Shown here: in pieces, positions 38,194 through 45,258 of the stretch | Numbering within the stretch: the stretch's first letter is position 1 | Layout: each line of letters opens with the position of its first letter | IMG/VR virus record: IMGVR_UViG_2663763326_000013 | Source of the DNA: a virus | Taxonomy: Duplodnaviria; Heunggongvirae; Uroviricota; Caudoviricetes | Strand: one strand, 5' to 3' | DNA: 45,258 bases | Translations under genes and position numbers: made by a program | Notes under the pieces: model-generated | Seen by the model: only the letters and a program-made list of their open reading frames with translations | The model's database searches: none | Told to the model about the DNA's origin: nothing

Positions 38194-38213
38194 ATTTTAT
38201 AACCCCAATATGG

Positions 38214-38237
38214 GCGTCAGAAATGACGCCTTTTTTA
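38214..38237 (+). terminator. Rho-independent terminator after J
   Basis: GGCGTCA-aaa-TGACGCC stem followed by TTTTTT. Confidence 0.65.
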
Positions 38238-38260
38238 TTGCAGAAAAGCGAGAGGTAATT

Positions 38261-38860
38261 ATGCGTAAATTATGTGCTGTTATTCTGTCCGCAGTAGTCT
38301 GGCTGGTTGCCGCTGGTACGCCAGCGAGCGCAGCAGAGCATCAGTCCACACTAAGCGCCGGGTATCTTCAGACCCATACTGATATGCCAGGCAGTGATGA
38401 CCTGAAGGGCATTAACGTGAAATACCGTTATGAATTTACGGACACGCTGGGGCTGGTGACGTCATTCAGTTATGCCAATGCCAAAGATGAGCAAAAAACG
38501 CATTACAGCGATACCCGCTGGCATGAAGATTCAGTGCGTAACCGCTGGTTCAGCATGATGGCGGGGCCATCTGTACGCGTGAATGAATGGTTCAGTGCTT
38601 ATGCGATGGCAGGTGTGGCTTACAGCCGTGTTTCGACGTTCTCCGGGGATTATCTCCGCGTAACTGACAACAAGGGGAAAACGCACGATGTGCTGACCGG
38701 AAGTGATGACGATCGCCACAGCAACACGTCTCTGGCGTGGGGAGCTGGCGTGCAGTTTAACCCGACCGAATCCGTGGCCATTGATATTGCTTATGAAGGC
38801 TCCGGCAGTGGCGACTGGCGCACTGACGGTTTCATCGTGGGTGTCGGTTATAAATTCTGA
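38261..38860 (+). CDS. lom: Lom-like outer membrane protein (Ail/Lom family beta-barrel)
   Basis: ORF from 38210; start at ATG 38261 (MRKLCAVILSAV... signal peptide); sequence recalled as near-identical to lambda Lom (STLSAGYL...GFIVGVGYKF). Confidence 0.8.
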   Translation: MRKLCAVILSAVVWLVAAGTPASAAEHQSTLSAGYLQTHTDMPGSDDLKGINVKYRYEFTDTLGLVTSFSYANAKDEQKTHYSDTRWHEDSVRNRWFSMMAGPSVRVNEWFSAYAMAGVAYSRVSTFSGDYLRVTDNKGKTHDVLTGSDDDRHSNTSLAWGAGVQFNPTESVAIDIAYEGSGSGDWRTDGFIVGVGYKF

Positions 38861-38886
38861 TTAGCCAGGTAACACAGTGTTATGAC

Positions 38887-38914
38887 AGCCCGCCGGTTCA
38901 GGCGGGCTTTTTTG
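38887..38914 (+). terminator. Rho-independent terminator after lom
   Basis: 8-bp stem AGCCCGCC / GGCGGGCT with 6-nt loop, followed by TTTTTT. Confidence 0.7.
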
Positions 38915-38924
38915 TGGAGTGGAT

Positions 38925-41321
38925 ATGGCAGCAGTAAAAATCTCAGGTGTGCTGAAAGATGGTGCGGGAAAACCAATACAGAACTGCACTATTCAACTGA
39001 AGGCAAAGCGTAACAGCACCACGGTACTGGTGAACACGGTGGCTTCTGAAAATCCGGATGAAGCCGGACGTTACAGCATGGATGTTGAGTATGGCCAGTA
39101 CAGCGTCACCCTGCTGGTTGAAGGTTTTCCGCCTTCACATGCCGGGACCATTACCGTCTATGAAGGCTCCAGACCAGGTACGCTGAATGATTTTCTCGGT
39201 GCCATGACGGAAGATGATGTCATGCCGGAGGCATTGCGTCGTTTTGAGGCAATGGTGGAAGAAGTGGCACGCAACGCCGAAGCCGCCTCTCAGAGCGCAG
39301 CGGCGGCAAAGAAATCCGAAACTGCAGCGGCATCATCAAAGAACGCGGCGAAAACCTCAGAAACGAATGCAGCTAATAGTGCACAGGCGGCAGCGGCCTC
39401 ACAGACTGCATCGGCAAACTCCGCGACAGCAGCCAAAAAATCAGAAACCAACGCGAAAAATAGCGAGACAGCCGCAAAGACGAGCGAAACCAACGCAAAG
39501 TCCAGCCAGACGGCAGCGAAAACCAGCGAAACGAATGCCAAAGCCAGTGAAACTGCGGCAAAAAACAGCCAGGTTGCAGCAGCCCAAAGCGAGAGCGCGG
39601 CAGCCGGTTCTGCGACTTCAGCAGCCGGATCAGCAACTGCTGCGGCTAACAGCCAGAAAGCTGCGAAGACGAGTGAAACTAACGCAAAGTCCAGCCAGAC
39701 AGCAGCGAAGACCAGCGAAACGAATGCCAAAGCCAGCGAAACTGCGGCGAAAAGTAGTCAGGCTGCAGCAGCCGAAAGCGAGAGTGCTGCAGCTGGTTCT
39801 GCAAGTGCGGCGGCTGCTTCTGCCACTGCATCAGCTAACAGTCAAAAAGCAGCCAAAACCAGTGAAACCAACGCAAAGGCGAGCGAGACTGCGGCGGCGA
39901 ACTCGGCGCAAGCATCGGCAGCAAGCCAGACAGCAGCTAAAGCAAGTGAAGACGCAGCCAGAGAGTATGCAAGCCAGGCAGCGGAGCCGTATAAACAAGT
40001 TTTGCAGCCGTTGCCCGATGTGTGGATACCGTTTAATGAATCACTGGATATGATTACTGGTTTCGCTCCTGGTTATAAAAAAGTAACTATCGGTGATGAT
40101 GTTATTACTTTTCCATCAGAGAAGGTTGTATCTTTCACTCGCTCCACTTCTGCAACGTATATAAACAAATCAGGTTCATTTGCTTTTGCAGAAATTAACG
40201 AGCCGCGCTTTGAAAAGGAAGGTTTATTAATTGAAGGTCAGAGGACAAATACATTTACTAATAGTAACAATCCTTCATTATGGAATTATGACGACAAGAA
40301 TATAGAAATAACCACATCGGTTGATGAATATGGTTTTAAATATGGTTTGTTCAATGTAAAGGAAACATCAACTACTGAAAGGGCGACGATAATATCTACT
40401 GGATACAGTAGGGTTATTGATGTTGCTGCAAATGAATCTGTTACTTTGTCCTGTAGGGTTAAGAAGATAAATGGAGAAGGTATTATAACGTTAAGACCCA
40501 GAATATCTTTCGTTAACGATGACGGCACAAGCAACACGCTGGTAGCTGGTTCCTACATAGATTGCGAAACTGGTGATGTTTTAGGTTTTTCTGGTGGGGA
40601 TGCTGTAAATCATGTCATATACAGAGAAGCTAACGGATGGTTACGCGTCGAATTTACATATAAATCACCAGAAGCAAAAAGCATGTATGGGCGCTTTGAA
40701 ATGGGAGCAGATAAAAGGGCGATCAAAAAAGGCGATCAGATAATGTTTACTACGCCGCAATTTGAAAAAGGATCGTGTGCATCATCATTTATCGTTACAT
40801 CAGATGTGGCAGTTACACGGGCTAGTGACGTGGTAATAATGCCAATAAGACTGAACTGGTCAACACCTCCGTTAAGCGTTCTTATGGAAGTTAATATCAA
40901 CTGGGACAAAATGCCAAACAGTGAAGGTTCAGCAAGGCTTCTTAACGTGTCAATAACTGGCGCAACAACGGATGTTGCTGATGAAAGTTATATGTATTTT
41001 GGTTTTACCTCTGGAGGCGCGCGCTCAATTATAACTAACGGAAAAGGAACAAAGACCGAGTATAAAGCCTACTGTAACAGGACAACCCGCAGGTTTATTG
41101 CTGGGTTTAAGTTTACAGAGCAGAAAGAATTGCGTGCTGTTATAAACGGTAACTTTGGCGCTGTTGGTGTATCACAACACACAAGACAACGTTATACAGA
41201 AGGGCCAATAAATATAGGCGGTCAATCAATATCAGGTAACAGGCATTTATTTGGACACGTGCGCAATTTACGTATCTGGCATAAGGAACTGACAGATGCA
41301 CAAATGGGAGAAAGAATATAA
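38925..41321 (+). CDS. stf: Side tail fibre protein (lambda Stf-like N-terminus, repetitive Ala/Ser/Thr-rich shaft, distinct lectin-like C-terminal domain)
   Basis: ORF from 38919; ATG 38925 has GGAG 6 nt upstream. N-terminus MAAVKISGVLKDGAGKPIQNCTIQLKAKRNSTTVLVNTVASENPDEAGRYSMDVEYGQYSV matches lambda Stf; C-terminal ~400 aa is AT-rich and ends with a LamG-like pattern. Confidence 0.75.
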   Translation: MAAVKISGVLKDGAGKPIQNCTIQLKAKRNSTTVLVNTVASENPDEAGRYSMDVEYGQYSVTLLVEGFPPSHAGTITVYEGSRPGTLNDFLGAMTEDDVMPEALRRFEAMVEEVARNAEAASQSAAAAKKSETAAASSKNAAKTSETNAANSAQAAAASQTASANSATAAKKSETNAKNSETAAKTSETNAKSSQTAAKTSETNAKASETAAKNSQVAAAQSESAAAGSATSAAGSATAAANSQKAAKTSETNAKSSQTAAKTSETNAKASETAAKSSQAAAAESESAAAGSASAAAASATASANSQKAAKTSETNAKASETAAANSAQASAASQTAAKASEDAAREYASQAAEPYKQVLQPLPDVWIPFNESLDMITGFAPGYKKVTIGDDVITFPSEKVVSFTRSTSATYINKSGSFAFAEINEPRFEKEGLLIEGQRTNTFTNSNNPSLWNYDDKNIEITTSVDEYGFKYGLFNVKETSTTERATIISTGYSRVIDVAANESVTLSCRVKKINGEGIITLRPRISFVNDDGTSNTLVAGSYIDCETGDVLGFSGGDAVNHVIYREANGWLRVEFTYKSPEAKSMYGRFEMGADKRAIKKGDQIMFTTPQFEKGSCASSFIVTSDVAVTRASDVVIMPIRLNWSTPPLSVLMEVNINWDKMPNSEGSARLLNVSITGATTDVADESYMYFGFTSGGARSIITNGKGTKTEYKAYCNRTTRRFIAGFKFTEQKELRAVINGNFGAVGVSQHTRQRYTEGPINIGGQSISGNRHLFGHVRNLRIWHKELTDAQMGERI
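39471..39900 (+). repeat. In-frame tandem ~192-bp repeats (about 2.3 copies) within the tail fibre shaft
   Basis: Nucleotide units beginning about 39471 and 39663 encode near-identical ~64-aa blocks (AKTSETNAKSSQTAAKTSETNAKASETAAK...ANSQKA); generates spurious ORFs on other frames and strand. Confidence 0.6.
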
Positions 41322-41602
41322 TGCGAGACTTAACTCTCAAATTCATAAACAAGGCCGACTTTTCGGCCTTTATGGATAGCATTGGTTATGAAGATGACGA
41401 GGTAATGCAGAACAATGTTCTCATTGATGTGATAGGTAACGTGTACAAAGAAACCGGAGAACTTACTGAAGATGGCGAGCCGGTATGTGTTAAGGAAGAC
41501 GGATATTTTGTAAACGTGCGCATCATTAATGATGCAAAAAAATCGTCAATATTCGATAAATACGCGGTTGTTGTTGAGCATCAACTTCGTGGCTGGATGT
41601 GA
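41321..41602 (+). CDS. hypothetical protein (AT-rich, downstream of tail fibre)
   Basis: 93-aa ORF with ATGA overlap with stf stop; acidic; no recognisable motif. Occupies the position of a tail-fibre assembly gene but is not Tfa-like. Confidence 0.4.
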   Translation: MRDLTLKFINKADFSAFMDSIGYEDDEVMQNNVLIDVIGNVYKETGELTEDGEPVCVKEDGYFVNVRIINDAKKSSIFDKYAVVVEHQLRGWM

Positions 41603-41611
41603 GGTAGAGAA

Positions 41612-42301
41612 ATGGCTACATCGACAGTAATTCCAGGAGATATCACCAAGCTAAAGGGGGATGTCAGTAAAGCTAAGGAAGATATTTCATCAATTAGCGG
41701 AAAAGTATCAACGCTTCAGACTGATATGGACAGTGCAAAGCAGGATATCAGTACCAGATACACAAAAACTGAAGTTGATAATAAGCTGAAAAACAAAGTG
41801 GAAGCGAACGATCTGGAAAGCGGTCGTTATGGCGGTGATTTTTACCCGCTGACTGGTCGTGAAGCATTTTATTTATGGAATTTGGGCACGACTACAGCGG
41901 CGGCAAACCTTTATCTTAATCCTGACCCTGCAATTTCGTCTGTACTGCGGTCAACATCGTCTATTCGCTATAAACATTCAGTAGAGACGATAGATTCAGA
42001 GCACGCCGATCTCATTTTCAAGATGCGCCCTGTGTGGTACAGGTCGCAATGCGAAAATGACAGGCGCGATTGGGGATTCTATGGATTGATTGCCGAGGAA
42101 GTAGGAGAAATTGCCCCTCAGTTTGTTCACTGGCGACCAGCTAACGAAGATGATGCACCGGAAACCATTTCCAGCAATGGCCTTGTTGCCGAAGGTGTAA
42201 TGTACGAACGTCTGGTTGTTCCACTGATTCACCATATCCAGAAACTGACTGAAAGAGTTGATGAACTTGAGTCAGAATTAAAGTTGTTATCAACTTCCTG
42301 A
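41612..42301 (+). CDS. Tail-fibre-like protein with C-terminal intramolecular chaperone (peptidase S74-like) domain
   Basis: 229 aa; N-terminal coiled-coil heptads, C-terminal GFYGLIAEEVGEIAPQFV... and terminal coiled coil resemble the endosialidase-type chaperone domain. Confidence 0.45.
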   Translation: MATSTVIPGDITKLKGDVSKAKEDISSISGKVSTLQTDMDSAKQDISTRYTKTEVDNKLKNKVEANDLESGRYGGDFYPLTGREAFYLWNLGTTTAAANLYLNPDPAISSVLRSTSSIRYKHSVETIDSEHADLIFKMRPVWYRSQCENDRRDWGFYGLIAEEVGEIAPQFVHWRPANEDDAPETISSNGLVAEGVMYERLVVPLIHHIQKLTERVDELESELKLLSTS

Positions 42302-42326
42302 AGCGATATCGGATAAAGGAGGAGTA

Positions 42327-42614
42327 ATGGATATAAGCCCCTTACTTCATGCGCTTTGTGCTGTGGCTGCGCAGGTACTGATTGGCCTTTTTACCGGAAA
42401 CTGGGCTTACGGGGCGATAGCCGGTTGTACGTTCTTCATTGCGCGTGAACACACCCAGGCAGAATATCGCTGGATTGAAATGTTCGGACATGGCAAGCGT
42501 ATGAATATGCCGTGGTGGGGCGGTTTTGATCCGCGCGTGTGGGATGTAGCAAGCCTGATGGATTTTGCTGTGCCGGTGATGGCGTGTCTGCTGGTCTGGC
42601 TGTTTATCCGTTAA
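42327..42614 (+). CDS. Small integral membrane protein (2 predicted TM helices), unknown function
   Basis: 95 aa; hydrophobic segments at about residues 7-35 and 75-93; moron position between tail-fibre genes and integrase. Confidence 0.4.
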   Translation: MDISPLLHALCAVAAQVLIGLFTGNWAYGAIAGCTFFIAREHTQAEYRWIEMFGHGKRMNMPWWGGFDPRVWDVASLMDFAVPVMACLLVWLFIR

Positions 42615-42618
42615 ACAT

Positions 42619-42657
42619 AAAAAGCCGCAGCAACTTGTCATGGCAGAATACTGCGGC
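42619..42657 (-). terminator. Possible terminator for dinI-like gene (GCCGCAG stem, long loop, U-run on minus strand)
   Basis: 7-bp inverted repeat GCCGCAG / CTGCGGC with 20-nt loop; minus strand reads ...CUGCGGCUUUUUAUG. Confidence 0.35.
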
Positions 42658-42724
42658 TGGCTGGTGAACTTCCGATAGTGCGAGTATTGAATGATTTCCA
42701 GCCGTTATCGATTTTACGTATTAA

Positions 42725-42973
42725 TTAATGAACAAACCACTCGTCAGCAGACTCCCAGGTATCTTTCAGAGTTTCCTGAACAAAAGTTTTAGCTGAATCT
42801 TTATCGGCGGTGCGCGTAACAGAAAGGCCATCGTTGCTGGTGGCTTTTACGATCACCTCTACATCGTCATAACGCTTACTGATGCGTCGAGTTAATTCTT
42901 CCTTTAACGCATCCACAGCACCGTTTGGCATTTTAGTCATTTTCTCTTTGGCTATGCAGATCTCAATACGCAT
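42725..42973 (-). CDS. dinI: DinI-family protein (DNA-damage-inducible protein I-like)
   Basis: 82 aa; [31 protein letters not shown]...[15 protein letters not shown] parallels E. coli DinI (MRIEVTIAK...LQETWESADDWFV). Confidence 0.75.
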   Translation of the reverse strand: MRIEICIAKEKMTKMPNGAVDALKEELTRRISKRYDDVEVIVKATSNDGLSVTRTADKDSAKTFVQETLKDTWESADEWFVH

Positions 42974-43034
42974 AAAAATCCCTCTATACTGTGTTTGTAT
43001 ACAGTATTATTTTTAACTGTATGAATAAACAGTG

Positions 43035-44132
43035 TCAAGAGGTCTTATTTCTGCTCCTTTGGAGTTCTTCAAAACGATTATGTAAAGATTTTGGATACAG
43101 TTCGGTATATACCTGCCATAGCACGTTTAATGAACGATGCCCTGTAACCTGGGCGACTTCCTCAATACTAAAACCAGCCTCAAATAAGCGACTTGCCCCT
43201 TCTCTACGCAAATCATGGTATCGCAGATCTTTAATACCTAATTTGCTTCTTACCCTCTGAAATCCTGCGGTAACAGAAGTGCTGTTGTATGGAAAAATGA
43301 ATTCAGATTTTTTGGGTTGTCGTTGGACGATATCCCAGGCTTCCCCAAGCAAGGCCACTTTCATATGGTTACCTTCCTTTTTACGTGGATCTTTCCTGTC
43401 TCTTACTAGTATAGATTTTTGTTCCTGGTCGAGATCTTCCCATCGTAACCGGCATACTTCTCCGATTCGCATACAGGACCACACAGAAAATTTGAGGATA
43501 TCAACGAACGGAATTTTTGAGCATTTATGAGTAGATCGTTGTTGAAGGCCTTCAATGAGCATGTCTAGTTCATCAGATGCTGGTCTACGATTACGACGAT
43601 TTGATTTACCAATTAAACCAAGTTTAAGTAGATATGGACGAGCGGCTTTTGCTGGGTTTGATGTGTAATTAATTCCGTATACAGGTTTGGCTGCATCCAG
43701 AACACTGCCAAGATAACTAACATCGTGGCTAACAGTAGCTGGACCTGCACCGGCGTTGTTTCTCAACCTGCAATGTTCTATTACGTCATTTTCTGTTAAT
43801 TCAGATAGTCTGATCGCAGAAATGTCACTATCCATAAGTAGTTCCAGCACATATCTTTTAGTACGGCCTGCTTTACCTCCGGCATTTGGGTCATTTAAAT
43901 ATTTGCGTAGTAAGTCACGGACTGTAAGCCCGTCAACAGCATTTGATGATGGAATGCCATGTAGATCTAATTCCATCACTTTCTGTGTGCCCCATGTTTT
44001 GGCATGAGCATGTTTAGGGAATGTTTTGCTTTCCCTGTAAGTGATAACCCCTTTTTCTTTGATAATCACATTACAGCGATAGCGTGGTGTGCCATCGGAT
44101 TTTAGTCGTTTCTCTATGTTATAGTACGCCAT
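43035..44132 (-). CDS. int: Tyrosine integrase (phage integrase family, dusA-associated)
   Basis: 365 aa; C-terminal catalytic-domain pattern (R ... HDLRREGASRL ... VTGHRSL ... Y); adjacent to the dusA 5' end. Confidence 0.85.
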   Translation of the reverse strand: MAYYNIEKRLKSDGTPRYRCNVIIKEKGVITYRESKTFPKHAHAKTWGTQKVMELDLHGIPSSNAVDGLTVRDLLRKYLNDPNAGGKAGRTKRYVLELLMDSDISAIRLSELTENDVIEHCRLRNNAGAGPATVSHDVSYLGSVLDAAKPVYGINYTSNPAKAARPYLLKLGLIGKSNRRNRRPASDELDMLIEGLQQRSTHKCSKIPFVDILKFSVWSCMRIGEVCRLRWEDLDQEQKSILVRDRKDPRKKEGNHMKVALLGEAWDIVQRQPKKSEFIFPYNSTSVTAGFQRVRSKLGIKDLRYHDLRREGASRLFEAGFSIEEVAQVTGHRSLNVLWQVYTELYPKSLHNRFEELQRSRNKTS

Positions 44133-44300
44133 TACACGACCTCGTTATTTCGGGTTCCCATAAAACGTGGGAACCTGTGCGGGAACCTAACGCGAGAAAA
44201 ATAGCCTGAAATGTTCAAAAATGCACGATAATCATGAAACACAAAAAATTAATCAAACCAGCGTGATGCCTGAAAAAAATGGTGTTTACTGGAATTCTCG
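44133..44300. other. Putative prophage-host junction (att region overlapping the dusA 5' end)
   Basis: Integrase start faces the dusA start codon region; dusA-targeting integrases are known to insert in the 5' end of dusA. Exact core not determinable without the second att copy. Confidence 0.3.
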
Positions 44301-45258
44301 GTTTAGCATTGCTCCTATGCTTGACTGGACGGACAGACATTGCCGTTATTTCCTGCGTCTGCTTTCCCGCAATACGTTGCTGTATACCGAAATGGTGACC
44401 ACAGGGGCGATTATTCACGGTAAAGGTGATTACCTGGCGTACAGTGAAGAAGAACATCCGGTAGCGTTGCAACTCGGGGGTAGCGATCCGGCGGCGCTGG
44501 CACAGTGTGCGAAGCTGGCAGAAGCGCGCGGATATGATGAGATCAACCTGAATGTCGGCTGCCCGTCTGACCGGGTGCAGAACGGCATGTTTGGTGCGTG
44601 TCTGATGGGTAATGCGCAGCTGGTTGCCGACTGCGTGAAAGCGATGCGCGATGTGGTGTCGATTCCGGTGACGGTGAAAACGCGTATTGGCATCGATGAT
44701 CAGGACAGCTATGAATTTCTCTGCGATTTCATCAACACCGTTTCCGGCAAAGGTGAGTGTGAGATGTTCATCATCCACGCACGTAAAGCCTGGCTTTCTG
44801 GGTTAAGTCCGAAAGAAAACCGTGAGATCCCGCCGCTCGATTATCCGCGTGTGTATCAACTGAAGCGTGACTTTCCGCATCTGACGATGTCGATTAACGG
44901 TGGTATCAAGTCGCTGGAAGAAGCTAAAGCGCATTTGCAACATATGGATGGCGTGATGGTCGGGCGCGAGGCGTATCAGAATCCGGGGATTCTGGCGGCG
45001 GTAGACCGAGAGATTTTTGGTTCCTCGGATACCGATGCCGATCCGGTGGCGGTAGTGCGCGCCATGTATCCGTACATTGAGCGTGAACTCAGCCAGGGGA
45101 CGTATCTCGGCCATATTACCCGGCATATGCTGGGCTTGTTCCAGGGTATTCCTGGCGCGCGGCAGTGGCGACGTTATTTAAGTGAAAATGCCCATAAAGC
45201 GGGTGCAGACATTAATGTGCTGGAACACGCGCTCAAACTGGTGGCGGATAAGCGTTAA
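44221..45258 (+). CDS. dusA: tRNA-dihydrouridine(20/20a) synthase DusA
   Basis: 345 aa; FMN-binding TIM-barrel Dus motifs ([35 protein letters not shown]); ORF runs to the window end with a stop at 45256-45258. Confidence 0.9.
   Translation: MHDNHETQKINQTSVMPEKNGVYWNSRFSIAPMLDWTDRHCRYFLRLLSRNTLLYTEMVTTGAIIHGKGDYLAYSEEEHPVALQLGGSDPAALAQCAKLAEARGYDEINLNVGCPSDRVQNGMFGACLMGNAQLVADCVKAMRDVVSIPVTVKTRIGIDDQDSYEFLCDFINTVSGKGECEMFIIHARKAWLSGLSPKENREIPPLDYPRVYQLKRDFPHLTMSINGGIKSLEEAKAHLQHMDGVMVGREAYQNPGILAAVDREIFGSSDTDADPVAVVRAMYPYIERELSQGTYLGHITRHMLGLFQGIPGARQWRRYLSENAHKAGADINVLEHALKLVADKR

Larger units (their letters stand above)
1..44220. mobile_element. Lambdoid prophage (cos-type, lambda-like head/tail genes) adjacent to dusA; left boundary outside window
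   Basis: Contiguous phage gene order from early-left genes through immunity, replication, Q, lysis, terminase, head, tail, tail fibres to integrase, ending at dusA. No left att site visible. Confidence 0.75.

Noticed and set aside
39214-40053. Overlapping ORFs in the tail-fibre repeat region (plus-strand 279 aa; minus-strand 146 aa and 87 aa)
   Set aside because: These arise from the Ala/Ser/Thr-codon repeats of the Stf shaft. Their products are low-complexity Arg/Gln/Pro or Ala/Phe strings, and the Stf frame is the one with recognisable sequence.
1-45258. CRISPR arrays, rRNA, tRNA genes
   Set aside because: No regularly spaced short direct repeats with unique spacers and no rRNA/tRNA-like sequence seen. 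The only tandem repeats are the 286-bp module, the ori-like iterons and the in-frame tail-fibre repeats.

Overview
This window is most of a lambdoid (lambda-like, cos-packaging) prophage of an enterobacterial host, inserted next to the tRNA-dihydrouridine synthase gene dusA at the right edge; the left prophage end lies outside the window. No protein-based defence system with recognisable hallmarks was found; the most unusual feature is a ~600-bp ORF-free, hairpin-rich leader between the immunity repressor and the first early-left gene. All calls rest on reading the supplied ORF translations and the raw sequence by eye and on recalled family features; no database search was run, and start codons were refined by hand from Shine-Dalgarno spacing. 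Reading left to right: a YafO-family toxin gene (1-435); a leftward early operon (PrtN-like, exonuclease, DUF551, Ead/Ea22, HD-domain YfdR-like, YfdQ-like, YfdP-like; 462-5544); the immunity region (CI-like S24 repressor, operators, Cro-like, CII-like; 6247-7841); a replication/nin region with iteron-like repeats, a Dam-like methyltransferase, RusA, KilA-N and DUF968/HNH proteins and a Q antiterminator (8441-14083); an AT-rich lipoprotein moron and putative late promoter; a second orphan methyltransferase; an S21-type pinholin / SAR-endolysin / Rz-Rz1 lysis cassette; a 286-bp tandem repeat and putative cos; a lambda-like head and tail module from Nu1/A terminase through J (19796-38193); then lom, a mosaic side tail fibre, AT-rich accessory genes, dinI, a tyrosine integrase and dusA. 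No tRNA, rRNA or CRISPR array was seen. Other points worth a second look are the repeat module upstream of cos, the lipoprotein moron between Q and the late promoter, an ori-like iteron array, and a PerC-like regulator.
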